DNA from: Octopus vulgaris
Lineage: Eukaryota
Assembly (NCBI GenBank): GCA_951406725.2
Contig: OX597825.1
Coordinates: 5,704,001 to 5,768,000, forward strand
DNA length: 64,000 nucleotides
Direction of reading: 5' to 3'
The translations under genes and the position numbers were made by a program. The notes beneath the pieces were generated by a model. The model was not told the origin of the DNA and did not search any database. It saw only the letters and a list, made by a program, of their open reading frames with translations. Positions 40,614 through 54,530 of the stretch are shown one piece after another; position 1 is the stretch's first letter; the number at the start of each line of letters is the position of its first letter.

Positions 40614-40904
40614 TCACTGCCTGGAATCGAACTCGAAACGGGCATATGGCGTAGTGGTTAAGAGCGCGGGCTACTAACCCCAAGATTCCGAATTCGATTC
40701 CAGGCAGTGACCTGAATAATAATGATGATAATAACAACATCGAAAAAAATACCTTAGGAATGAGAACCCAGGTTCGAAATTTCCCGAAGGTACCGATGAA
40801 GGCTGGAGGGTATATCAGCCAAAACGTTGTGTTAACAACACACAAGATGAGGACAAATATCCGTCAAATGTAAATAATTCCTCATCTCTTAAATATAGAA
40901 CTGT
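40438..40904 (+). mobile_element. tRNA-headed, hammerhead-containing non-autonomous retroelement with PLE-type inverted arm (copy 1)
   Basis: 14-bp TSD ATTGTCAAATTATT (40424-40437 and 40905-40918). Inverted arm 40431-40635 is the reverse complement of ~40689-40879. tRNA-like head at 40640-40714 with A box TGGCGTAGTGG and B-box-like TTCGATTCC. Unpaired 3' tail CCTCATCTCTTAAATATAGAACTG. Confidence 0.8.
40475..40521 (-). ncRNA. Minimal hammerhead motif in the inverted arm of copy 1 (one core change)
   Basis: Minus strand reads GACAC CTGATGA A GGCTG GAGAGTGTAT CAGCC GAAAG GTT GTGTT. The sense copy at ~40789-40833 is more degenerate (CCGATGA..CAGCC AAAAC). Confidence 0.55.
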
Positions 40905-42659
40905 ATTGTCAAATTATTCTACCGAATCTTAAATTCATATTTCATATTCAGCTTGACTTGCCTGGTTGTTGTTCAAATCAACTGAGGCCGTTTCATTTTC
41001 TTTAAGTGGAATAAATTTATCTACTCTTTTAGCAGATTGGGCGATTACATGGAGATCCGCTTGCTGGTTAGCAAATTGCTATGAGTTCGAATTGCTTTTG
41101 TTCACGTTTTAATTTGTTTCTGAATAGACCACTTCCCCAGTCCATCTGGCTGTTAATAGGTACTTGATCAATTTGATTCATCTTCAGTCTCTGAAGTTAT
41201 TTAATCATCACCATAGTTCGCTGTACTTTCTGCAACCTTCATGCCGCTGCTTTCTGTTAACTTACTTTATTTATTTTCTTGGTGTAATCTTCGTCACAAG
41301 TCCATTCTTTTCTACTCTAGGCACAAGGCCCGATATTTTGGGGGAGGCAGCCAGTCGATTATATCGACTCCAGTACGCAACTGGTATTTAATTCATCGAC
41401 CCCGAAAGGATGAAAGGTAAAGTCAACCTCGGTGAATTTGAACTCAGAACGTAAAGATAGACGAAATACTGCTAAGCATTTCGCCCAGCGTGCTAACGTT
41501 TCTGCCAGCTCGCCGCCTTTTGTCACAACTCCATTGAATCGTAGCTGCGACATAGTAATGATTTCCAGTTTTTCACTTCGATGCTTCTTATCCTTTCAAA
41601 AAGGATTAATGCGTCTAATCTTTTTCCAAAGGATTAACAGCATAGATGGTTTTAGCCTTCCTTTGGGAAAGCTATGAACATCACAGTAGCTATTCCTACT
41701 TTCCTTATACACACCTGAAGATTTTGCTTTTATCGATATTTACAATATTTGTACATGACTAGAGAAGAATATAACCGTGAAGACAACTTGTTATGACGGG
41801 TGGCTCTTTTGTCCAAATCTTACTGCATTTTACATGGAACTTTTGGTCTTCCAAAGTCGTTTTGGTGTATAAGTCTACCTACATTTTTTGGCTGTAAATT
41901 TTGGCCTGCAAAAAATTTGACTTGAATGCCAGAAAAAGTGGTATCTGCCACTTTTAATTTTTGCCTTACTGGAATAAACTTACCTTTATCAACACAATTT
42001 ACTGTCTGAAGCACTTTAGATTATCATCATCATCGTCGCTTAATATTACTTAATCCATAGTGTTGAGCAGCTTCTCAATCTGTAATGTTATCGTTCCTTT
42101 CTCTAAAAATAGTATTTGACAACACTTTGTAAACGAAACAGAACTCTGAATTATACATACTGTATGTATACTTTAAATATGTATATATCTATGGTCCAGC
42201 GGACTCGCGGTTTCGTTTCCCAGACCGCGCACTATGAGTGACTATTGAGCAAAAACACCTAAAGCGTCACGAGGCTCCGGCAGGCGGGGGGTGAACCCTG
42301 CTGTATTCTTTCACCATAAATTTCTCTCACTCTTTCTTCCTGTTTCTGTTGTACCTGTATTTCAAAGGGGCCAGCCATGTCATACTCTGTGTCACGCTGA
42401 ATCTGCCCGAGAACTACGTTAAGGGTACACGTGTCTGTGGAGTGCTCAGCCACTTGCACGTTAATTTCACGAGCAGGCTGTTCCTTTGATCGGATCAACT
42501 GAAACCCTTGTCGTCGTATCCGACGGAGTACCACACACACACACTTCTTTCTTACCTTTCCTGAGCGTCCAATAACGCTATACTTGTTCCACGTCCTCGC
42601 GTTGTTGTGTTTTCTCTTTTTCATGTTTGGATTACCTATATATATATATATATATATTT

Positions 42660-42920
42660 GTTTCGTATACATTCGATGTTTTTGTCTCAAGGAACCTAAT
42701 GCTCTTAGCTTAGTTTTTCTTTGGCGCTTGCCAGATTAGAGCACTCTCAAGATTAATCAGCCGAAATTGCGAGGATGATCCGGTTCTTGGCTGACGATAA
42801 AAGGCTTCGAATGACCCGTCCGTATTTTTTTTTTGTATCGTTTGTCTGGATGTTTTGTTGTCCCTTTTTGTATCACCTAGTTGTCCGGATGTTTTGCGTT
42901 CTTGTCCCATTTTGTATCAT
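42660..42920 (+). mobile_element. (TA)n-inserted interspersed repeat; other copies at 19141-19350 (minus) and 60968-61135 (plus)
   Basis: Shared GCCGAAATTGC..GATGATCCGGTTC..CTGANGA..TTCGAATGACCC block, followed by a pyrimidine-rich tail running into (TA)n. Confidence 0.6.
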
Positions 42921-42942
42921 ATATATATATGTATATATATAT

Positions 42943-43105
42943 AAACACGCTAGAGTTGAACTAGGGACAGCTGATGAAGGGGATTTTTCCTTGTGTAGTT
43001 TGTCTTGTACCCTGTTTTTTTCGTTTAGGTCCGTTTCCACGTTTGTTTTTACGTTTTCGTTTCTTGTTGAGTTCTACGTCTATTTGCGGTGTCCTGTACT
43101 TACGT
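42943..43105 (+). mobile_element. (TA)n-inserted interspersed repeat; second copy at 59945-60118 (minus)
   Basis: Both copies share AAACACGC..GAGT-GAAC-AGGG-CAGCTGATGAAGGGGA..TTTGTCTTGTAC..GGTGTCCTGTACT. Confidence 0.6.
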
Positions 43106-43190
43106 ATATATATTTATATATGCATGTATATATATATATGTAGATGTAGGTACGTACATATATGTATGTATGCATATATTTTATTTATTA

Positions 43191-43224
<34 letters not shown>

Positions 43225-43379
43225 TTTTTTGTGTAAGCAAATAGTAATGCAGTTAATATAATATTCTAATGCGTTCTTACACGAGTTAAGCAATCAAAAG
43301 TTGGTTTGCAGCCTCAGCCATGTTATATAGCTCCAATGATTGCCAATGTCGACGAATTCATTACAAACCAAAATAAGCA

Positions 43380-43445
43380 AGAAGACGAAAGAGAAAAATA
43401 ACGAAGTCAACAAAATAATTTCAAGTTTCAACAATTTTATTTAAT
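43380..43445 (-). terminator. Putative polyadenylation site of a minus-strand transcript
   Basis: Minus-strand AATAAA near 43436-43442, followed by a U/GU-rich downstream element (TTATTTTGTTGACTTCGTTATTTTTC). It coincides with the left edge of the SINE-free island. Confidence 0.4.
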
Positions 43446-44999
43446 CTTATTTTTTTGTAGTTTTTTTTTTGTTATATTTTTCAGTCTTGTACAGAAACTC
43501 GAGGGGTCACCACGAGATATATTGCATTGAAGGTGCATAGTTTTCATGATTCTTTCATTTCATCAAACATACTTCACACATTCCATATGATATACATAAT
43601 ATATATATGCATATATATGTACATGTATATACACACACATACATATATATACACTTATATATATACAGGTATCATTATCATTTGCAACAAATGGAGTCAC
43701 ATTCCATGAACAATAATTTAAGAAGGCGAAGGGAAAATATGAAAAAAAAAGACGGTTTTTTCCCCCTTATTAATATGTTCTTCATTTTCTTTCACCTCAT
43801 TCCTCATTCATTATATGTACAATATAAGCTTACAAAAAAAAAAAACATATGCAGAAAGCTTTATTATCACACAAGTCAAATTCCTCAATATCATCACAGC
43901 TTCTCGGCAGAAGGTACCGTCACAAAAGCACCAGACCGAATATGAAAAACGAAAAAGAATTTTTTAAATTGGGGAAAATAAAAATAAATAAAGTGTTTGG
44001 TTTAGTTTATACCAGGGATTTTTGAAATAGGGCTGACGCATGTCTTTCATTATTATTATTATTATTATTATTGCTATTACTACTATTTTCATAAGTAATG
44101 AAAACCAAATGGGAGTGATAGAGGGAAAATTTCATTCTAAAACCTAACTTTTCAGGGGTGGAAGGAGCGGGTCTGTATACACATACACTTAATATCTTTA
44201 TATATAAACATATGCACGCACTCACATAAGACTCTTTCATAACAGGGAAAAATTTAGAACACAGCTGACTCATAAATTGTGAGACAAACCGTGTCTGAAA
44301 TGGGGGGAAAAAAGTGGGGGAAAAGTGTGTGCGCGCGCGCGCTTGAATGTCTGATTAAATAATTGCATTATGTCTCTAACCCTTCCCCCATCACTACTAC
44401 ACATTCTGTCTAGAAATCTTCGCGCATTTTCTATGTCAGACTCTCTATAACATACATTCTTAAAATTATCTTTGTTTTTTTATCACTACATAATTTTATA
44501 AAACAGCAATAAGAATTCATTCTTACGTTGACGATAAATAAAATAACCCCATTTTGGAGTAATATGTTTGTAACAGCCTTAGCAGAGACCCAATAATAGA
44601 ACAGATCAAGAGAATATATATATGTATGTATATATATATATATATATGTATGTATATGTCTATGAAGAAATGCGAAGACACTAATTTCCTAATCCTAGAA
44701 TTTCAGTTATCTTTCTCTTTCGGTTTAGACGTAATATAGTATTACATCTTTTTTTTTTTTTTTTTAAACATGAAAGCGAAAAATATGCCATGTGGAGTTT
44801 TACTATGTGGGAGTGAAGGAAAAGATGTAGTTACTTCCCGCATCTTGCAGCTTCATCGCCGCCTATGACTAACTACCATTGACACAACACAACACTCATA
44901 CATACACACGCACGCACGCATGCGAACAGAGACCGCTCACTACCAAACATGCTATCTCTATATCGACATGTAAGTAGTAAATAATAAAAGTCTATAAAA

Positions 45000-45038
<39 letters not shown>

Positions 45039-45985
45039 GCGCAGTAACTGTGTGCGTGTGCGTGCGCCATGTCTGCAGAAGCCCCTTTCCAACCCTAAAC
45101 CGGAGTCACGAGGAAGCCGAAAAATCGATATATCAGCAGTTGCTAAGCAACCACAGCACACTGGCAATCATCATTATCAGCAATGGTAACAGCAGCAGCA
45201 GCAGCAGACGCGGCCATTGCACACAGCCAATGAGTATATTCGCGCCAGAATGATAACTGTTACTATATATGGCAATTGGTGCGCTAACTGCCTTCTCATA
45301 TTGAAGTGCATTTACTTAGCTCTACGCACACACACACACACACATATATATGTATATATATATATATATATACACACACATACTTATAGTTTCTGCTGAT
45401 TCTACTACTACTACTATTACTACAACTACAAATAATGGTTGGAATATAAATGTAAAGAAAGAAAGACTGATAAAGGTTGCTGTCTAGGAGCATGTCTACG
45501 TAGCCACACACACACACACACACACACACACGCAGAAAGCAGGCTCATATTGAGACGACAGATTAGTTCCGTAGTAGCCAATGGAGAAGAGAATATTGAG
45601 CGTTCATGAAAGCGTAATTTTAAAAATATGTAATTTCATATGGAATAGGGTTCAACGTAAATAACGTACAGATTGTCTTGTAAAAACAACGGTACAAGAA
45701 CAATGTAATAATAATAATGATAATAATAATAATAATAAAACAAGGCTCTTTTACAACCGCGAGCTGTGATGACATCTTTTATCACTGTTCTCATACCATC
45801 TTCAGTGCTTGTTACTTGTGACTAATTGTGTGATCATTTATATATATATATATGTTTATATAAATATATATATGTATATATAAATATATATATGTATATA
45901 TAAATATATATATATGCTTATATAAATATATGTATATATATATGTTTATATATATATATATATATGCTTATATAAATATATATAT

Positions 45986-46075
<90 letters not shown>

Positions 46076-46286
46076 GTATATATATATATATGTATATGAT
46101 ACACAAGAGCACATACATATGCATATACTCTCAAATAATAATTTAAATGACAAATTTGCCCATTCACTCATTATTTACACAACAGGATGCATTGGTCCCA
46201 ATTTTACAATGAATTCAATATAATTATGTTGTTATTTTTTTTATATATAATTTTCCTCTCCTTTTTTTTTCAAGAATTTCATGAAC

Positions 46287-46317
<31 letters not shown>

Positions 46318-48929
46318 TGTGTGGGACAAGGTGAAATATCTGTGTAGTAATGAAAATATAAGACAAAGCCTCTTATTTAATCTTGAATGAAACAAGAATT
46401 AAAAGGACAAGTGAGCAAGAATTAATGATCTAAAAAAAAAAACGTATTACATTTTATATATGTTGGACACGAATGTAACACTGACATACAAAACTGTCAG
46501 ATTAGCATAAGAACGAAAAAAAAATTGATAATAATAGTTATAATGACAATATTGCTGCGACATAAGAAAATTTGGAGCATTGAAGCAGCATTGGAAATGT
46601 TTATTAGATTTAGAAAAGAATGGTTTAAAAAAAAAAAAGAAAAAATAAGAAAATGGCGGTGGAATGATATCAGAATGTAAGGCGGAACTTTTGTTAATTA
46701 CGGACAGAAAATTTTAGCTGTCAAGCTTTTTTGTTTTAATTTAATTTTTGTCAAAAAGGACAAATGTTTTAGGCCGAAAATGTGCGTAAAATTCTGTGAT
46801 ACGTCACCAACAAAGTGTCTGACATGTGAAGTGACAGTTCCAAGGGTCTGTCCGAGTGTTCAGAACTAGCACCAAACTAACATTGGAACATTCATCAATC
46901 TCAATCAGTCTTTAAAAAGCCCAGTGGTCTTTCTTTCTAAATTTAACTTAATAATTCTCGATAGAATTTTCGAGAAGCCGCCAAAATCTGGAATTATATG
47001 AAGATTGTCAAAGCTTAAAAGGGGACGATGCAGAACGGAAAGAATTCAGCAGTTGGCTGGTTCTATGAAAGATCTCTGCAAAAAGTTGATCCATGGTGAA
47101 AATGAAATGGCTAAACTAGACGAGGAAAGTTAGTTAAGTTGAGTTAGTCTCTGACCAGTGAAATAACTGGGACAAGGATCAGCAGTAAAACAGCCTGTAT
47201 TTACTATAATCGAACTAATCCCAAGGGATTCCTTTTAATCCCTCCTTCCCATTGAAAATTCTATCAGCCAGTAATCATTGCCATGAATTCACTATATAAT
47301 TAAGCCGAACGAAGAGTGGTTATTTGCTTGATTGTAATAAACTAGATAAAAACCGCACTGAAACACACAAACTAAATCTGTTAATCTAATCTCAGTTAGC
47401 AAAGGTGTGTTTTCTTTTTGGCTTTTTTTTTCTCTCACTAAGTAATTCGCTTGACTAAAACCTGAATCCTACAGATTAGAGGCTTGAGAATACAATAATC
47501 AAATAGAGAGCTCAGTAGCTGCTTCCAATGAAATGGAAGCGTTTAGCAACAGAAATATAACTATGTATATGTAAGAAATACGTGTAACACTTTCTCTCTG
47601 AAAGAGAAACAGATGTGATACTCTCACACAAACACACACATAGACCTTCAAAGCAGGCAGATGCGCACACTCACTGTTGTCAAGAACATAGTGTAAGATA
47701 GGAGCCAGCTGCATTTACAGCATTAACTGCACTTGTGATCTTGAAGGGGTTCCATACACCCACTCCTCCTACACAAAAACTCCGAAATTATCTCCCTTCG
47801 TTACTGAATACTCAATATATATAGATAACGGTTTTGTTTCTTTATTAACGTTTGTTAGTATTTTTCCGCCTTCTGAGGCCAAATATCAATATTAAAATAG
47901 CTCATTCGTGCGCGGAACACGGAAAGAGGGATATTGATATCGGCTTTTAAAAAAGTTTTTGAAATATTTAAAGCTAAATTGTTGAACCAATATTGAGTTT
48001 AATTGAATAACTTCCAACGTAAACGAATTCGTATAATATATAAAATCTCATTCTCACACTAAGCAGTGTTCTTTTGCTTTGAATGGCTGAGCTCTTTAGG
48101 GGTTCACCCCCTTCTCTTTTTCTCTCCTCATCCTTCTCGCTCTTCAAAAGGTAAAAAAACGGTTGGTATGAAACCATTGTACGAGTCTGAAAAGCCAACA
48201 GAGAGGGCGAGGACCTAATAACAGAAGGCAGTGAGGTATAATTTGTACAAATAAGAAGATTCTATAAAAATATATATTGATAAATATACAATCCAGAACG
48301 TTCATAGTTCTATATCCTCATATCAAAAAGAAAAAAAACATAGGGGTGAGGGATCGCAAGCCCTTCAACAAAGACGAGGAGGAAGTATTTGATGATCCAC
48401 AAGGAAACCCATATTTCCAAGCCCAACCCTAACCCATGAATAAAAAATAATAAATAAAAACTGTCTGATCCCAAGAATTTTTTTTTTTAATTCCATCCCC
48501 AACTACAAACTAGAAGTTCCTAAGAAGCACCGGCGAAATATCCGACTCCCGCGATGGGGAAAAAAGAGAGATTTAACAGAAGAATATAAGTGGAAATGTC
48601 AATAGAAAACCTTAAAAATTCAGGTTGATTGTCACAATTATTGACCTACAAGGCAAAAGCAGCCGTCAAATTTTGGTTGACTTCCAAGTCAAAATGTGAC
48701 CGTCAAACGATATCAGTCAGTCAACAGAGAAAGTGCAGACAGAATTAATGGAATTCACAAGTTCACTGCCAAAACCTCTGCTGCATCAGTTCTTTAATTC
48801 GGAAAAATAGCCTAGACTATATATCATAAATTCTCCCCATCTCTGCTCATCTTGCTTAAACCAACTTTTGCGATAACTAACCTCTTCATCACGATATACA
48901 TATACATACATACATATATCATATATATA

Positions 48930-48992
<63 letters not shown>

Positions 48993-51341
48993 CATATATA
49001 TACACATATACATATGTAATATAAGTTATGTTAATTAATGTTATGTGTATGTATATTGCTGCTCAATAAAGTTGGGAAGGACTTTTTACTAGCGCAGATT
49101 TTGACTTATAAAAAAGACAGACGATATAACGTTTAAAAAAAATGTAGCGAAAAGCGTTCATACAATTTTTGCTTGTTCTTGAGAGAGAAAAATAGAATTT
49201 TATGATCACACTCCCCAGATAATTGACGAAATGAATGGTCATAGTAATAATAATAATAATAATAATAATATGTTGATCTAATACATTCTTACATTAGCTT
49301 GGCGCCTAAAGTGTTCAGGTGTAGGCCGATACATTCACGCCTTCAACTCTCAAGAGCATTTAAGCGACGTAACTCGTCTCGTCTCAACTGGAGAACGAAA
49401 CCGGGGCTGTAACTCAGTCAGTAAAGATTTTACCGAAGCACCACGGCGTTCAGCATTGTAATGTTAATTAGTAATTAATTAATAAATAATAATAATAATA
49501 ATGCAATTGTAAGTTACTGCATTTTGAAGAGAGTGCGGTGTATTTGGATAATAAGCAAGATACGTATATTAATGGAATTTAAATAGGTGAATATCTTTTA
49601 GAAAGGGAGGAAATAGGAAATAATAACAACAATAACAATTATATTGATGTTAATTTGTGGATGGCGATTGTAGTGATGGTTATGATGATGATGATGATAA
49701 CGATAACAATGTTAACTGTGATAATAATGATAATGATTATGATGATGATGGTTATGAATTTTTAAACTGCCGCAAAATTAAAATTCAAAATATCAACATC
49801 ATTTATGTAGGTTTTTTTTTTTTAAATGTGAAAAAAATACATTATCAATATTATCATTATGCATTAATTTCTTTTCTGACTAGACAGACACAAAGAGAGT
49901 GGTATGCTATTATAAACCAATAGAATCAACTCTGGATATTACTGGTACTTGTGTAGATATGAAATGGCTGGAATCGATCGGGAAAACGAACCGGCAACTA
50001 ACTCAGACACAGACATATTGGTCTTTGCTAAACAATGTCGACGCGTGTAAGAATAGCACCGAAAATCCCAATTGATCGAAGTAATCAGCTTATACATCAG
50101 GCTCTAATTAATTTCATTTTATATATATAATTAATTATGTTGATAGATGGTATATAATGAATTTAGTTTAAGTAAATAAATTAAAAGATGGTGTATAGCT
50201 CAGACAGCATCGAGGATAGTTTCATAAATATGTTTTTAATGATTGATTGATTGATAATATTGATAAATGTAATGATAATGATAATAATGATAATTTATAA
50301 TAGTAATCGTGGTGGTGATTATCAGCCTTATATATAACAATGTTCAACAAAAGATATATATATTTATATATAATATATATATAATATACATGTATAAATA
50401 CACACACGCACACACATATATATACATATATATTATATTATTATTCAAATTCAATAATTATGAAAAAATAAAATAGCAAGCAAAACAACGTCCAAACTGA
50501 ATATCGTAATGAATACACTTTGGTAGAAATACCGTTTTCTGTAAAAAAAAAAAAAATCCCTCCAAGACGTAAAGATTGTTTGGAAGGGGAAAATTGGTGA
50601 AAAATGTGAAGGGATCATATTACATGTATATATCTTATAATGTACATATAAATACTTATTATAATTATATATTATAATAGATATGAAAAATTAATTAAAA
50701 TTGCATTGATTTTGTTTAGAAAGAAAGAGTACTAAACAGAATGGGGTGGGGGAATGAAAAAAATTCTGAGTGAATATTACCAAAGGAATGCTTAAAGGAA
50801 AAAAAAATCACTAAAAAAATATAAATATTGGGAAAAAAAATTCATGTTATATAAGAAAAATTTCTTTAAATGAATTTAATTTTTAATGGTCAATATGTTT
50901 TTTTTTAATTTTTCTCTTCACATTTTTAACAATTTTCGGTGAAAATATTTCATCCAAATTTTTCGTCTTTTCTCAGAGTAAAAAAAATAGATTAATATTA
51001 TAATTAATATATGCAAGTATATACATATATACATATGTATATATATCACATATCTTTTACTTTTTTTATGTCAGATGTATGCAGTTTTGGATATTTATTC
51101 TTTTATTTTTTGTTATGGTTATACAATATTTGTATATGCATGTTTGTGTGGGTGTGTGGATGTGATGCACATTTGTATAATTTTATTGTATTTTTATGCA
51201 TGTCTGTGTGTGTATCGTGTATTTTGTCATATTTTATGTAATGTGTATGTGTGTAAGTGTAAGCTCACACATCATATAGCAGATGAAAAAAAATTCTGGA
51301 AGCAGAATTAAACGCTGTGGCAACCATTCATCTCCCAAAGA

Positions 51342-51372
<31 letters not shown>

Positions 51373-51430
51373 TACCTATTCAATTCATTGAACTTTTCCC
51401 ATTAACATTAGACAGAGATAGATAGGGAGG

Positions 51431-51469
<39 letters not shown>

Positions 51470-53455
51470 GAACATGACATTGCTGACATATTCTCAGCTA
51501 TGTAAACCTAGGAAAACATTGAAGGGCAGAGAGGATAGAAAGAGAGAGAGAGAGAGTGAATGCTAGAAAGGCAAGTATTTTTGAAAGGAGACGAACTCCC
51601 AGATCGTAGAATACATGCAGCAGCAGCAGCAGAGAAAGTGAAGATGGGGAGTGGGGAACGTAGGGGATGCTACAACGTCTATCCGTGAATGACACAAACT
51701 TGAAACAGCTTGTTCATTACACTAAATTACACACACACATACACATACGTACAGTTAGTATGAGATGTGTGTGTTTCTATATTCTATAGACCTTTGACAT
51801 CCTAGAATGACCTTTATGTAAGGTAAGTGTCTAGGTATAGAGATAGAAAGAACGATTGAGAAAGAAAGCGAAAGCCCTAAATTTTTTGGGAGGGAAAATG
51901 GTATGATATAGCTCCTGCTACTGACTGATATTACTACTACCCCTACTACTGCTATTACTACATGGGCATGAAGGGAAGATAGGGATACAACCTAAAATAG
52001 CTACGACTAAGATGTGAGACTGGGATGTAAGTAAAGTCAACTTGCGCACCAACCTCAAACGTAGCAGTGCTATTCAGGGATGCGATGTTGTGATGGTTAT
52101 GGCACCTCTGCGGTGTGAGCCAATGTGTGTTTGTTGTGGATAAGTGCGTGGTTGCTCGAGTGAACGTGTATGGATTTGTATTGTGAAGTGTTTTGCTGCT
52201 TGAGATTTTCCATACGGATTTGATCTTTCCCCACTGATTCCGCCTTCCGAGTATGAAACAAAATAAAACTGGAAGGTAGAATTAAAAAAAAAATGGGGGT
52301 AAAGAATCCCTTTTTTTTTTCCCTCCTCCTCCATATGGAAAACTAAAAAAAAAAAATTTGTTAAAAAAATTTTTCTTATCAAGTTTCGGGCGAAACGTAA
52401 AACCAAGTAAGTACGTAAACACTCCCTGACTTGGAATGGGAACTTATCCCCTTGGCCCATTGCGCCACTCTAATAATAAATTTTCAGTAATAATAATAAT
52501 AATAATTAATAATAATATTAATATTAATAATGATAATAATAACAATAATAATCACTTTGGTCTGTTGTTAAAACGGACCGAGTGAAATTAACTGACTTCC
52601 TTAGAGCAGTAACATTGTTAATTTTTGCCTGTGTCTTGTAAGGTAGGTATTGCATCAGCAGTTGTTTTTTTTGTAATTTGCTTGACAGTTTTTTTCCTGT
52701 CAATACTAACGAGAAAGAAAAACAGTAAACAAATATAAATAAACGATTTAGTTATTATTTTCTAATTATTGTATTAAGATAATGACAATGATATTGAAGG
52801 TCAGTAGAGAACTTTGGACCAAGATTGCCATAGAAAAAGAAAAAGAGAAAAAAATTAAGTGCCCGATCGTCTTAGTTGATTTCTTCCTCTACCCACTACT
52901 CTCTCGCTCTCTTGCGTTTTTTTTTTTCGCTTGCTAGTCGCCTTCCCCTCCGCCTTGTAAGCAACTACTACCTTTACTAGTAGTAGTAGTAGTAGCACCA
53001 GCACCACCATCGCTAAGCGCGGACGGTGTGCAGGTGGAGACAGGGAAAAAGATGCGGCAACTCGACCGAACTTGTCTGCCTTTTTAATTACAACTTCTAA
53101 CGCGCCAGACAGCTTGTTCTCACGGAACAAGCAGAGAGAGTGAGAGGGGGGGATTAAAGAGTGAGAGTGAGACAGAGAGAGAGAAGAAGTGGGAGGGTGA
53201 TCGCTGGGATTACCACCACCACCACCACCACCACCCTCACTGTTCTTTTCCCTCACATTTTCCATTGAAAACACAAAACTCAAATTTACACCTACACTAA
53301 TGTTTACATACATGTAAGAACATATATAAATATACATATATATATATAAATATATAATATATATATATATACACACATTTAAATTAATGCCTGATACATT
53401 TTTGGTCACTATAACAGACTATATTTAATAGTACTGATACATTCTAATATGTACG

Positions 53456-53493
<38 letters not shown>

Positions 53494-54530
53494 TATATAC
53501 ATTTATATGTAACGTACAAAAAATGCATATACTTGTATAGATGGTCCCATTAGTAATGTCCGGGCTAGTATCATGCATAAAAACGACCCAGTGTCTGATT
53601 ATGAACAACAGGGAGATGTGAGCTATTAATGTAATGTATAGAGAAAAAAAAACACAAGAGGAAGCAACTGCGATTGATGTATATATATATATATATATAT
53701 ACAAATATGTATGTATATATATTATGGGCACTAACATTTTAAACATATTTCTCTGACAATCGATAAAAAAAATGATAATAGAATAACGGGGCTGCCGTCC
53801 CCCACCGTATGAAAATATATTAGAAAAAAAAAGATAAAATGAAACGGACGGGAATGAACTTCTGGCGTGCAGTCGAGGCAGCGTGGCAAAAAAAAATATA
53901 TATGTATGTATATATATAATATATATAACAATAAAATAAAGTAAAATAAAAATTCTGTAGCTGACCCTGAAGAGGGGCAACTCAACATCTGATGAAGGAA
54001 CTCACCGAGCATTAGTCAAATTGATTTCGACACGACATCACACGGAGTCTCTCGTTTGTTGTCTGTCTGATCGAGGAGACCAGGCTGATGTTGATACTTA
54101 TAGAGTGTCCGCGGTAAACGAATACATATATACAAAACATACATAAGATATATGTAGGCTTTTTACATATATAAACAATAGTAACATAACGATATACATA
54201 GACTTTTAGCCAACGGGATCACTTACTTTGTATAAATATCATTTTAAGGAAAGAGTCAGAAGTTAGAATTTCTCAAGCATGAGTCTTTCTGCTTTGTTTG
54301 TTTGGGTTTTTTTTTTCCACGTTGAAAAATATACATACATACACACGCATATTCAAAATATGTTGATGTGCGTAGATATTGCACTTTTCTCGTTTCAAAA
54401 AAGTCTCCTCTTTTCCTCCTCGTTCTTCCACAGTGCCTTTTCCCCCATTCAGTAGAAGTGGAATCTGTAGTTACCTTCTCTTCCTCGTTGTTATAATTTA
54501 AAAAAAAAAATACCAAACCTATTTCTTTCT

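Noticed and set aside
40640-40714. Functional tRNA gene with anticodon ACT
   Set aside because: The acceptor and T stems pair poorly, there is no oligo-T terminator, and it sits inside a TSD-bounded repeat. It is a SINE-type head.
52855-53409. 184-aa minus-strand ORF
   Set aside because: Non-ATG start, and built from (TA)n, (GGT)n, (CT)n and (CTA)n runs with no recognisable domain.
53960-54025. CTGAAGA and CTGATGA boxes downstream of the 203-aa ORF
   Set aside because: No following GAAA box and no convincing stem I, so not called a hammerhead.
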